64,000 nt of DNA from a virus: the IMG/VR virus record IMGVR_UViG_3300009068_000023. One strand, given 5' to 3'. Shown here one piece after another: positions 37,332 to 47,237 of this stretch (the first letter of the stretch is position 1; every line of letters starts with the position of its first letter). The position numbers and the translations under genes are program-made. The notes beneath the pieces are model-generated. The model saw nothing but the letters and a program-made list of their open reading frames with translations. It had not been told where the DNA came from and did not search any database.

Positions 37332-37937
37332 TTGCAAAATAATAAATGCAAGTTTTCTTCTATTACTTACTTAGAAGACTGGTGGCAAGAAACTCAAAAC
37401 TTTATAGTACCGATTTTTTTAGATAGTAGCAGTTATATTGATGTAACTTTAAGTCATGACGAATGCAATGAACTAATTAACCACGCTAATATAAGAGGTT
37501 ACAACATAAGACATACACTAAGTGGCGGATCGAGAGATGTACATCCTAGCAAAGAGCTTTTACCTATACAAAAAATAAAAAATGTAGTTTTAGAAATAAA
37601 TAAGCTTACATACAAATATGAATTAGATGAAGACAATTTTGAATGTTTAATTCATAAATTTCAAAATGGTCAAGGGTATTGTTTCCATAGAGACATTAAT
37701 AAATACAGACCTTATTGTAAGCTGGCTGCAAGTGTTCAACTTAGTAGATCAGAAGAGTATTCCGGTGGTGATTTAATATTTTTTGAAAACGAAGATCCTA
37801 GATCGCATAATACTATTAAAAAAGAAAGAGGGGCAATTACAGTATTTCCTTCTTTTTGTGTACATAAAGTTTCAACAGTTACAACAGGAATCAGATATTC
37901 TATGATATTATTTTTTTACGGACCTCCTTTTAGGTGA
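37332..37937 (+). CDS. 2OG-Fe(II) oxygenase (start approximate)
   Basis: FHRD (HxD), EYSGGDL, FPSF..H.V..VT.G.RYS. Confidence 0.85.
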   Translation: MQNNKCKFSSITYLEDWWQETQNFIVPIFLDSSSYIDVTLSHDECNELINHANIRGYNIRHTLSGGSRDVHPSKELLPIQKIKNVVLEINKLTYKYELDEDNFECLIHKFQNGQGYCFHRDINKYRPYCKLAASVQLSRSEEYSGGDLIFFENEDPRSHNTIKKERGAITVFPSFCVHKVSTVTTGIRYSMILFFYGPPFR

Positions 37938-37940
37938 ATT

Positions 37941-38460
37941 ATGAATAGTGACATATTGAGGCAATATTTTTTTATTAGTGAGTTTGAGAAGGAACTAAAA
38001 GATGGGGTACTAGTTTATCCGACTTTTACAGCTACTTTTGAAGAAATTACTAAAAAGCGTACTATCATTTTAACGTTACCGGGCGCATTTACTCCTATTT
38101 GCACATTTAATCAAGTACCTGAGTTTGAAAATGCAGCACAAGAAATTAAAAACCTGGGAATAGAAGAAATATATATTTTGACATCTAATGATTTTTTTAC
38201 TCAACGCGTATGGGCTGATGCAATGAGAATAAAAAAATTAAAGTTTATAAGCGATATAGATTTAATATTTGCAAAAAATTTTAATAATCTTATATATCGA
38301 AATGTATTAGGTTTACGAAGTAGGCGAGAATTATTTATTTTTAATGATAATAAAATAGAGTATCGTTTTTCTGAGGAATATGATACTAACGAAGATCCCT
38401 ATGAAAACACTAAACTAGAAAACTTGTTTAAGTATCTTACCACAATAAAACTTAAAAAAC

Positions 38461-38468
<8 letters not shown>
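37941..38468 (+). CDS. peroxiredoxin (Prx5/redoxin type)
   Basis: LPGAFTPICT motif; ND.F...W. Confidence 0.8.
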
Positions 38469-39576
<1,108 letters not shown>

Positions 39577-39585
39577 GATAGAGTT

Positions 39586-41643
39586 ATGTCGCTATTTAGT
39601 ACTAGAGGTGCAGCATCAAGTAAAGGGTTTGGATTTACTGGCATATCTTCTCTATCTTATGATTCTTTTTTTAATTATGTTACTTTACTTTTGAAAGGAG
39701 ACGGTACAAATAATGCAAATAACAATGCATTTGTAGATTCCTCGACTAATAACTTTACGATTACTCGTAACGGTAATACCACTCAGGGTTCGTTCAGCCC
39801 TTATGGTAATAATTGGTCAAATTATTTTGATGGGAGTGGGGATTATTTAACTGTAACAAACAACGCAGCATTCAATCTAGGTACTGGCGATTTTACAATT
39901 GAATTTTCTGTATACATAACAGGCAGTTCGCAGTATCAATCACCGGTTGCTCTTTATAATCCAAGCACAAATGGCTATTGTGGAACATCCATAGATACCA
40001 CAAATGGAGACTTTTATTTTTCAATAACTAATGATGCTGGCACTGTTCAAGTATTTTCTACAAGGTACACAATACCCGGGTGGTCAAGAAATCAATGGTT
40101 TAATTTGGCTGTAACTCGTAGTGGCACCACAATAAGTTGGTATTCAAATGGCACGAGGATTGGCACTGCTACAACTACTGAAAGTCTATTAACTGCACCT
40201 AACGTAATGGTTGGTGGATTAACTCCAAATTTTAATGGCAACCCCGTACAACTCGTTACGGGTTATTTGTCTAATGTTCGCATTATTAAAGGCACTGCGC
40301 TGTATACGGGTTCTTCATACACCGTTTCTACTACGCCTTTGACCGCTGTATCTGGCACCTCACTGCTGACCTGCCAATCAAACCGCTTCATCGACAACAG
40401 CACTAACAACTTCGCTATCACGCGTAACGGCGATGTATCTGTCCAACGCTTCAGCCCGTTCTCACCGACTGCTGCTTACTCTACTTCCGTAATTGGCGGT
40501 AGTGGGTACTTTGATGGGACGGGGGATTTAATCTACTGTACCCCAAGCAATTTGACGGGCCAGTTCACCATTGAGGGTTGGTATTACGCCACTTCATTCC
40601 CAGCCCCAGCTGTATTTTTTGGTAACTGGAGTACCGGATGCTTGTTGAGAAAGTCAGGAAGCAACCTTGAGTGGTATTGCAGCCCGGGCGGGACTAGTAG
40701 TTCTACGCAAACAATTAACACAAACCAGTGGTATCACATTGCTGTAACCAGAGACGCCAGTAATGTGCAACGTGTGTTTTTGAATGGCGTTCTTGCGTCT
40801 AGTGCAACTGGTGCTGGCACAGTAACAATGGCTAATTTTTGCATTGGCGCTGAACAAACCATTTCTTCAACAAGCGACATTTGGGCTGGTTATATCAGCA
40901 ATTTTAGAATTCTTAATGGAACGTGCCTTTATACATCGACGTTCACACCGCCAACTACTCCGCTCACAGCAATCGCCAATACCAATCTGCTTTGCAACTT
41001 CACCAACGGTGCCATCTTCGACAACGCGATGATGAACAACCTAGAAACGGTGACTTCTGCGCAAATCAGCACAGCACAAAGCAAGTTTGGTGGAGGGTCA
41101 ATAACATTTCCAGTCAACGATTCATATTTGTTGGCCCCGCCAACCGTTAATTTAGAATTTGGTAGCGGTGATTTTACTATTGAGTTTTGGTGGTATCCAA
41201 CATCAACAGGAAGACAAGCTCTATATCACGGTAGTTTTGGTGCAGACTGGTCTATTGGTATTGATTACAGTAGCGTTTCTACAAATCAAAAAATTGGTAT
41301 ATGGGCCAGCAGTAATGGTTCGTCTTGGAACTTAATTAACGCGGATGGTGGTGGCAACGGGATAGGAACTACAACAGTAACCCAAAATGGGTGGAATCAT
41401 ATTGCTTATGTAAGAAACGGAACAACTTGGATGTTGTTTGTAAATGGCAACCGAGATTTGAATCTTACTGGTATATCCGGTTCTATTGTAAACCGCTCAA
41501 CTTATCAAAAAGGTATAGGAGTTTGGTGGAACTCATCCTCTTTTGCTGAAGCATCAGGCTACATTGACGACCTGCGCATCACCAAGGGCTACGCACGCTA
41601 CACAGCCAACTTTACCTCACCAATCTCTCTTCCCACATCTTGA
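39586..41643 (+). CDS. LamG/concanavalin-A-like lectin repeat tail protein
   Basis: Three DFTIE/QFTIE...W.H.AV.R...GY.S/DD.RI repeats. Confidence 0.85.
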   Translation: MSLFSTRGAASSKGFGFTGISSLSYDSFFNYVTLLLKGDGTNNANNNAFVDSSTNNFTITRNGNTTQGSFSPYGNNWSNYFDGSGDYLTVTNNAAFNLGTGDFTIEFSVYITGSSQYQSPVALYNPSTNGYCGTSIDTTNGDFYFSITNDAGTVQVFSTRYTIPGWSRNQWFNLAVTRSGTTISWYSNGTRIGTATTTESLLTAPNVMVGGLTPNFNGNPVQLVTGYLSNVRIIKGTALYTGSSYTVSTTPLTAVSGTSLLTCQSNRFIDNSTNNFAITRNGDVSVQRFSPFSPTAAYSTSVIGGSGYFDGTGDLIYCTPSNLTGQFTIEGWYYATSFPAPAVFFGNWSTGCLLRKSGSNLEWYCSPGGTSSSTQTINTNQWYHIAVTRDASNVQRVFLNGVLASSATGAGTVTMANFCIGAEQTISSTSDIWAGYISNFRILNGTCLYTSTFTPPTTPLTAIANTNLLCNFTNGAIFDNAMMNNLETVTSAQISTAQSKFGGGSITFPVNDSYLLAPPTVNLEFGSGDFTIEFWWYPTSTGRQALYHGSFGADWSIGIDYSSVSTNQKIGIWASSNGSSWNLINADGGGNGIGTTTVTQNGWNHIAYVRNGTTWMLFVNGNRDLNLTGISGSIVNRSTYQKGIGVWWNSSSFAEASGYIDDLRITKGYARYTANFTSPISLPTS

Positions 41644-41668
41644 CTATTATACTTACTACTACTATAAT
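41640..41668 (+). promoter_or_regulatory. sigma70-type promoter
   Basis: TTGACT-17-TATAAT; upstream TGA stop embedded in the -35 box. Confidence 0.8.
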
Positions 41669-41685
41669 GTCTATGTGGAGGAAAA

Positions 41686-41913
41686 ATGATAGTATGTAGT
41701 TGTAGAGGAATTTCTACTAGACAATATACAACAGAAGAAGCACTAAAAGAAAGAATCATGCAGAAAGATTTTAAGTGCGGAATCTGTCAGACTAAATATA
41801 TAATGGATGGAAATAAATATAAAAAGGAGATTCATTATGGAGTGGTCAAAAATCATAGGTATGATTTTTCCTGTGATGGTAGCAGCAGTAGGTTGGATGA
41901 TAACATCGGTTAA
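41686..41913 (+). CDS. Bfd-like [2Fe-2S] protein
   Basis: MIVCSCRGIS...CGIC (CxC...CxxC). Confidence 0.65.
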   Translation: MIVCSCRGISTRQYTTEEALKERIMQKDFKCGICQTKYIMDGNKYKKEIHYGVVKNHRYDFSCDGSSSRLDDNIG

Positions 41914-42103
41914 TTCCATGCAAGGTGATTTAATTGATATTAAGTCCAAGATGCCAGCGTTAATTATGTCTCAAGGTGTTCCTACTGATTCACCTCTATC
42001 AGCTGCTGCGAGAGAACAGTTAAAGGAAGATCTGGTTGGTCGTATACAAGAATTAGATGTGCGTGTTCGTCTTCTAGAAGAAAAACTGAAAGACAAGCAC
42101 TAA
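41837..42103 (+). CDS. membrane-anchored coiled-coil protein
   Basis: AGGAG RBS; N-terminal TM. Confidence 0.65.
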   Translation: MEWSKIIGMIFPVMVAAVGWMITSVNSMQGDLIDIKSKMPALIMSQGVPTDSPLSAAAREQLKEDLVGRIQELDVRVRLLEEKLKDKH

Positions 42104-42106
42104 AGA

Positions 42107-42167
42107 ATTGCTGTATGAAGTAGAAGGAAAAGGGTTCTAGACGGCGGTTCGATTCCGCCCATCTCCA
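42107..42167 (+). ncRNA. second copy of the tmRNA acceptor piece
   Basis: 61-nt near-duplicate of 43449-43509 with alternative T-stem GGCGG/CCGCC. Confidence 0.75.
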
Positions 42168-42248
42168 CTAAGGTTCTTTGTATGCCTTTATTTTAACAAT
42201 TTAATTTTCCTTGAAAAAGGACGTTATCTTATAACAGGGGGAAATAAA

Positions 42249-43394
42249 ATGTCAAATAAAACATATAAACTATTCGCCGATAAAATGGGTGGCAGATCTG
42301 CTGCCTCTTATATTGGTGTAGCTGGTGATCTATTCTATGATCCAGAAATTGGATCTATCAAACTTTCCAATGGAGTAAATCCAGGTGGTCTAGCCATCAC
42401 AGAACCTACTGGAATTACTGCGACAGATTGTAATTGGTATGTTGATCCAAGCAGAACAGATATTTCAGTAGGTACATCAACTGGAAGTCTAAACAATCCT
42501 TTCTTATCAATTACTGAAGCGTTGGCTTACATTGAAGCACGTATCGCTGGTGGTACTTTAACGATCGATATCAATGGGACTATTGTCGACAACCCGCAAT
42601 TTATCCAACTGATGAGTTCAACTACAGAAAATGTGGTACTAACTCGTGGAAACATTTTTATCGGTTCTGTTACTCCTAATGCTGGTCACGTACCAATTTG
42701 GATCAAAGGTTACGTTACTGTTATCCCAGCAGACTCCAGCGCAAATGCCATTAATGTCAATAGATTTGGTTTGTTTAATGTTGCTATTATTCCTTCTACT
42801 GCCAATCACGCTATTGAGTTAGTTGGCACTAATCCTGCAAAACTTTTCCTAGAAGATGTATATGTTTATCAAAACAACGCCACCAAGAGTTGTGTTTATG
42901 CCAATAATACTGGCACTGGCAGCAGAGTCGAAATGTACGATTGTACCATGGCTAGAGCCAGTGGTTCCGTATATCTAATAGACATTCAGCGTGGATTCTG
43001 TAGCATAAACAATCTGGAAACCAATGGCATAGGACAAGTGCTTAACATGGCAAATGATTCTACAGGCAATATGCTGAGAAGTGGAATAGAAGCCAACACT
43101 GGTGCTGTGGTTACTCTAAGTGGAACAGCACAATGGGGTATGGGTGTGAGTATTATTACCAACACTGGCACAGGTACCAATACATATGGTATCTCAATGA
43201 GTGGTACAGCAACCATGCAGTTTGGTGTGTGTACATTTAACATACCGGCCGCACAGGCAACCAATCGTGCTATCAATGGAGTGGCTGGCAATGTGGTATT
43301 ATACTCTGGTCCAATATTCCAATACGGATCTACAGACAAGATATCCTCAGCAATAACATTGATTCCACTAGATACTACCTTTACTGCAGTATAA
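42249..43394 (+). CDS. tailspike/pectin-lyase-like beta-helix virion protein
   Basis: GDLFYD...KLSNGVNPGG N-terminal module, YVD...GS.NNPF.SI.EAL motif, beta-helix-like composition. Confidence 0.55.
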   Translation: MSNKTYKLFADKMGGRSAASYIGVAGDLFYDPEIGSIKLSNGVNPGGLAITEPTGITATDCNWYVDPSRTDISVGTSTGSLNNPFLSITEALAYIEARIAGGTLTIDINGTIVDNPQFIQLMSSTTENVVLTRGNIFIGSVTPNAGHVPIWIKGYVTVIPADSSANAINVNRFGLFNVAIIPSTANHAIELVGTNPAKLFLEDVYVYQNNATKSCVYANNTGTGSRVEMYDCTMARASGSVYLIDIQRGFCSINNLETNGIGQVLNMANDSTGNMLRSGIEANTGAVVTLSGTAQWGMGVSIITNTGTGTNTYGISMSGTATMQFGVCTFNIPAAQATNRAINGVAGNVVLYSGPIFQYGSTDKISSAITLIPLDTTFTAV

Positions 43395-43414
43395 AATAGG
43401 AGTAAATAATTGTA

Positions 43415-43422
43415 TATAAATA
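43415..43422 (+). promoter_or_regulatory. T4-type late promoter upstream of tmRNA
   Basis: TATAAATA. Confidence 0.65.
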
Positions 43423-43448
43423 ATTTAACTGATGAAATTTTAAACAAT

Positions 43449-43692
43449 ATTGCTGTATGAAGTAGAAGGAAAAGGGTTCTGGACGCGAGTTCGATTCTCG
43501 CCATCTCCACAACGACGGGGATGTACAGGTTTCGACAGGGCAATGAGTACAGATATGGACAGCACGTCAGGCGATCGACGTAAATGAAGCAGAACTAGTA
43601 AACGCAAACGATAGCGATTACAACATGGCTCTTGCTGCCTAAACAGTAAGATACGGAGTTTAGAGGCTGTACTTGGCAACAGAAACAGCCTC
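43449..43692 (+). ncRNA. ssrA: circularly permuted (two-piece) tmRNA
   Basis: T-arm and CATCTCCA (43502-43509) precede GGGGATG (43517) with a G3:U pair; tag ORF 43604-43642 ANDSDYNMALAA*; 3' hairpin with TGGCAACAGAA as in alpha-type tmRNA. Confidence 0.9.
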
Positions 43693-43821
43693 ATCTTTAA
43701 AGGAGAAAATTATGATTGATTCGTTAATTTGGATTCTAGTAGGTGCTTTTATTGGATGGCATGTACCTCAACCTTCGTGGGCCGCTATTATTAAGAACAA
43801 GGTTATGGAGATGATTAAGAA

Positions 43822-44295
43822 ATGACCGTTCAGCTTTCAAAGAACTTTACACTCACAGAATTTACTAAGAGTCAAGCTGGTGCACGTCTAGGTATTGACA
43901 ATACTCCACAAGGCGAGCATCTCGAGAACCTTAAGAATCTAGTTACTAAGATCATTCAGCCTCTTCGAGAGCAGCTAGGCAAGCCTATTACTATTAACTC
44001 TGGATATCGTGGTCCAGAAGTTAATAAGGCTGTGGGTGGAGCAGCAACTAGTCAACATTGCTCTGGTGAAGCTGCTGATATTGAATGTCCTGGTATGGCT
44101 AATGCTGACCTTGCGCACTACATTCAAAAGCATTTTGACTTTGATCAGTTGATTCTAGAATTTTACAAGCCAGGCGTTCCGGATTCAGGTTGGGTGCATG
44201 TTAGTTTGAAACGCCAAGGTGCTCAACGCAAGCAATGTCTTACCGCTGTGTCTGAAAATGGCAAGACGGTTTATAAGCCAGGGTTTCTATCTTAA
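43822..44295 (+). CDS. peptidase M15A family endolysin
   Basis: LSKNFTL.EF, SGYR, SQH..GEAAD, WVHVS. Confidence 0.9.
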   Translation: MTVQLSKNFTLTEFTKSQAGARLGIDNTPQGEHLENLKNLVTKIIQPLREQLGKPITINSGYRGPEVNKAVGGAATSQHCSGEAADIECPGMANADLAHYIQKHFDFDQLILEFYKPGVPDSGWVHVSLKRQGAQRKQCLTAVSENGKTVYKPGFLS

Positions 44296-44928
44296 TTGTT
44301 TAAGCTAAACAATATAGAGGTGCACAGAAACCCAACGTGCACGCATACAGTCAACTCCAAACATTTTAGTTCGGAATCTCTTAAGTATTTCGACAAAGAT
44401 GGTTTTGAGCTTACCCCTCTTGAACAGCATTATTATAATGCATCCGGGTATCAGAACAAAATTGGATCTGGCTGTCTGTATAATACCTGTTGGCAAGAAC
44501 CATGGTTTACTCTAGAAGATAGTAATGATTTTATCATAGATCATTCGATGGTTTTACATCGTTGCGACTTCACGGGCGATGCAGCAATTCAGTTATATGA
44601 ACACAACAAGAAGCTACCTCAGCTTAATTATCTTATCAATTGTAAGAAGAAGTGGGGATTAGACTTCAGCCTTGATTATGTTGATGTAGATTCAAACAAA
44701 ATATATGAAATAATTCATATTGAGCAAGACTCTAACAACTACGAACAGTTCTTAGAACTTAAAGACAAGTTTGAGAATTTTGTTCTCTTTACGGACTGGA
44801 ATAAAGCGGCCAAAGTTCTCTTAAAGCAAAAAGAGAAATGGCTTAATCTTAACGGAATGGCACAAAACGACTGGAAAGCAAAGTTCTTTGGCTATTCACA
44901 AGCTGAATCAATAATCAAAACGATCTAG
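44296..44928 (+). CDS. hypothetical protein
   Basis: FDKDGFEL...KWGLDFSLD; TTG start adjacent to upstream stop. Confidence 0.65.
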   Translation: MFKLNNIEVHRNPTCTHTVNSKHFSSESLKYFDKDGFELTPLEQHYYNASGYQNKIGSGCLYNTCWQEPWFTLEDSNDFIIDHSMVLHRCDFTGDAAIQLYEHNKKLPQLNYLINCKKKWGLDFSLDYVDVDSNKIYEIIHIEQDSNNYEQFLELKDKFENFVLFTDWNKAAKVLLKQKEKWLNLNGMAQNDWKAKFFGYSQAESIIKTI

Positions 44929-44976
44929 CTTGATATTATTTCAGTAGTAACATATAATACAACTAAGGAGATAGAA

Positions 44977-45528
44977 ATGGGTAATTACCAGTCTATTGCT
45001 AGGTTTAGTATTAGCATTTTGCTTATAAGCTTAGTTATTTTTACTAGTATACATTTTGCAAACCAGGCGTATGATAAGCAGTATAAGAAGTATGCCGAGT
45101 TTAACGAAAGTATCAATTATAGAACTGCGGTTGAAGCCGAACGGCAGTTAGAATGCTTAAGTAAGAATATTTACTTCGAAGCAGCAACCGAACCGTTCGA
45201 AGGAAAGGTTGCAGTTGCACAAGTTACTCTCAATAGAGTTAATAGTGGCAACTTTCCAGGAGATGTTTGCAGAGTAGTTTATCAAAAGAATATTTTTTAT
45301 GATAAGGTAATCTGCCAATTCTCTTGGTATTGTGAAAGAAAGTCATTTATTGCACCTATTCATTCAGAGCACTACAAAGAAAGCGAGCGTGTTGCACGTA
45401 AGGTTCTTCTAGAAGGTTTTAAGCTGGATAGCGTGAGGCATGCAATGTACTATCATGCTGATTATGTGAATCCTAAGTGGAAGAAAGAACAAGTAGCAAA
45501 GATTGGTCATCATATTTTTTATAGGTAA
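44977..45528 (+). CDS. SleB-like cell-wall hydrolase (Hydrolase_2)
   Basis: CL..NIYFEA, AVAQV..NRV, CQFSW, YYHADYV.P.W, IGHHIFY; TTGATA-17-TATAAT promoter at 44930. Confidence 0.9.
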   Translation: MGNYQSIARFSISILLISLVIFTSIHFANQAYDKQYKKYAEFNESINYRTAVEAERQLECLSKNIYFEAATEPFEGKVAVAQVTLNRVNSGNFPGDVCRVVYQKNIFYDKVICQFSWYCERKSFIAPIHSEHYKESERVARKVLLEGFKLDSVRHAMYYHADYVNPKWKKEQVAKIGHHIFYR

Positions 45529-45533
45529 ACAAA

Positions 45534-45842
45534 ATGTTTAAGATTGAAATGTTTGATAAATTAGCACAAAATACTATTAAGTTCATTCAGCAATTTACGT
45601 CTGAGTCTTTTAATTTAGTAACTATTGTATTGCTGCATATTGCAACATTCCCTACTCTTATGGCTGCTATCACGTCTATTACTGATAGAATGCCTACGGT
45701 AGAAATCTTTTTGTTCTTGTTTGCAGGACTATTCGTTATGCTACTAAAGTCCATTGCTGCCAAGGAAGTGTTTAGTGTAGTTATTAATTCCTTCGGTTTC
45801 TTTGTACAAGTAGTATTGCTTTGCTTGGTTGTGTTTAAATGA
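45534..45842 (+). CDS. membrane protein
   Basis: Three hydrophobic helices. Confidence 0.65.
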   Translation: MFKIEMFDKLAQNTIKFIQQFTSESFNLVTIVLLHIATFPTLMAAITSITDRMPTVEIFLFLFAGLFVMLLKSIAAKEVFSVVINSFGFFVQVVLLCLVVFK

Positions 45843-46084
45843 TAGTTAATACAGAACACACCGCGATTAGATCACCTACCGAGTTTTTCTTAGCAGTTGA
45901 TAAATTATCATCAGATAAGAGAATTAATTACTTGGATGCAGTAATATTGTATTGTGAAGAAAATAGCATTGAGATTGAAACTGCTGCAACTTTAATTAAA
46001 GGTAGTTCTAAGTTTAAAGCAAGAATTCAAGATGATGCAGAAGAGTTAAACTTTTTACCCAAATCGAGGAAGTTACCTATATGA
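45839..46084 (+). CDS. 33: late transcription coactivator, gp33-like
   Basis: YLDAVILYCEEN.IE.E...LNFLPK; position before gp59/gp32. Confidence 0.85.
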   Translation: MIVNTEHTAIRSPTEFFLAVDKLSSDKRINYLDAVILYCEENSIEIETAATLIKGSSKFKARIQDDAEELNFLPKSRKLPI

Positions 46085-46641
46085 CACAACTACCATCTCA
46101 CCTAGGCGGTCATGAGAATGAAACTCATATCGACCGCGGCGCCTTGCGCTATCTTATTGATAATCTCGAAATTAAGTCTGTAGTAGATATTGGATGCGGC
46201 CTAGGTGGCATGATTCAGTGCTGCTTGAACGAAGGTATCGAGGATGTTATTGGTCTTGATGGAGACTTTACTATCGAACGACCAGATCAGATTGCTCTTA
46301 GAACAGCTATTCATGATTTTACTACTGGCCCCTATCATCTGGATAAGATCTATGATCTAGCTTGGACTGTAGAGTTTGTAGAGCATGTAGAAGAAAAGTA
46401 CATGCAAAACTTTATCGACGTTTTTAAGCAATGCAAATACGTTCTTATGACCCATGCTTTCCCAGGACAACCAGGACACCATCACGTTAATTGCCAACAT
46501 GCTGATTATTGGCTTAACGTTATGGAAAAGAATGGTTTTGAACCCAGACCGTATACCTTGCAAAATGTACGAGCTGCATCTACAATGAAAGAACGTTATG
46601 TACGGCAACAGAGCTTATTCTTTAAGAATGGACGCATTTGA
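46081..46641 (+). CDS. class I SAM-dependent methyltransferase
   Basis: VVDIGCGLG, EFVEH, GHHHVNCQ. Confidence 0.8.
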   Translation: MTQLPSHLGGHENETHIDRGALRYLIDNLEIKSVVDIGCGLGGMIQCCLNEGIEDVIGLDGDFTIERPDQIALRTAIHDFTTGPYHLDKIYDLAWTVEFVEHVEEKYMQNFIDVFKQCKYVLMTHAFPGQPGHHHVNCQHADYWLNVMEKNGFEPRPYTLQNVRAASTMKERYVRQQSLFFKNGRI

Positions 46642-47206
46642 GGCTTATAAGGTATACATTGCTTTAAAGAGCCATTTCACTACCAAATATTATGACTATT
46701 TCAAATATAATGGAAGAACAAGAGCATCAAGATCAACGTTTGAAAAACGAGCCGACAAGTACTATTTCCACAAGCTATCTAAGCGCAAAGATATTGTTGA
46801 CTTCCTCGTATCCAACTTTGTATACAACGGAGACGACTGGGTCGGAAATCTCGTACAAAACAACGAATCTGAAAAATGCTACAGAACACTTCTACGAACC
46901 AGAGAATCACTATCCTATATCTTCAGCGAAGATCTTGACAAGCTAAAAGAAGACTTTGATAGTAATTTTGCAGTAGAAGACGGACAGCATCCTTACTTAC
47001 TTAAGCTATACTTACGTAAGGATATCTGTATAGAGACCTTGATTATTCTCGACGATCTAGTAGGCTGCTTTAAGAAGTGGAATAAGAAGATTGATGAGAA
47101 TGTATTGTGGCCTCAGCTATACTTAAAGTGCCGCAAATATAAGCAGTTCTTTGAGTATGATAGAAGTAAACTAAAACAAGTAGTACTTAATAAATTTTCA
47201 AACTAA
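46628..47206 (+). CDS. 59: helicase loader, gp59-like
   Basis: Y.ALK.HF....YDYFKYNG...F.KR.DKY.F. Confidence 0.9.
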   Translation: MDAFEAYKVYIALKSHFTTKYYDYFKYNGRTRASRSTFEKRADKYYFHKLSKRKDIVDFLVSNFVYNGDDWVGNLVQNNESEKCYRTLLRTRESLSYIFSEDLDKLKEDFDSNFAVEDGQHPYLLKLYLRKDICIETLIILDDLVGCFKKWNKKIDENVLWPQLYLKCRKYKQFFEYDRSKLKQVVLNKFSN

Positions 47207-47237
47207 TACATCGCGATACATCGCTTAGGAGAAATAC

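Noticed and set aside
39586-41643. Diversity-generating retroelement acting on the tail lectin
   Set aside because: No reverse transcriptase in the window and no template/variable repeat pair differing only at adenines was seen.
42986-43694. Minus-strand ORFs 42986..43543 and 43440..43694
   Set aside because: They are antisense to the tmRNA and the 42249 gene; MARIELAS is the typical translation of an antisense T-arm.
44929-44976. Riboswitch upstream of the SleB-like hydrolase
   Set aside because: The intergenic space is only about 48 nt and is filled by promoter and RBS.
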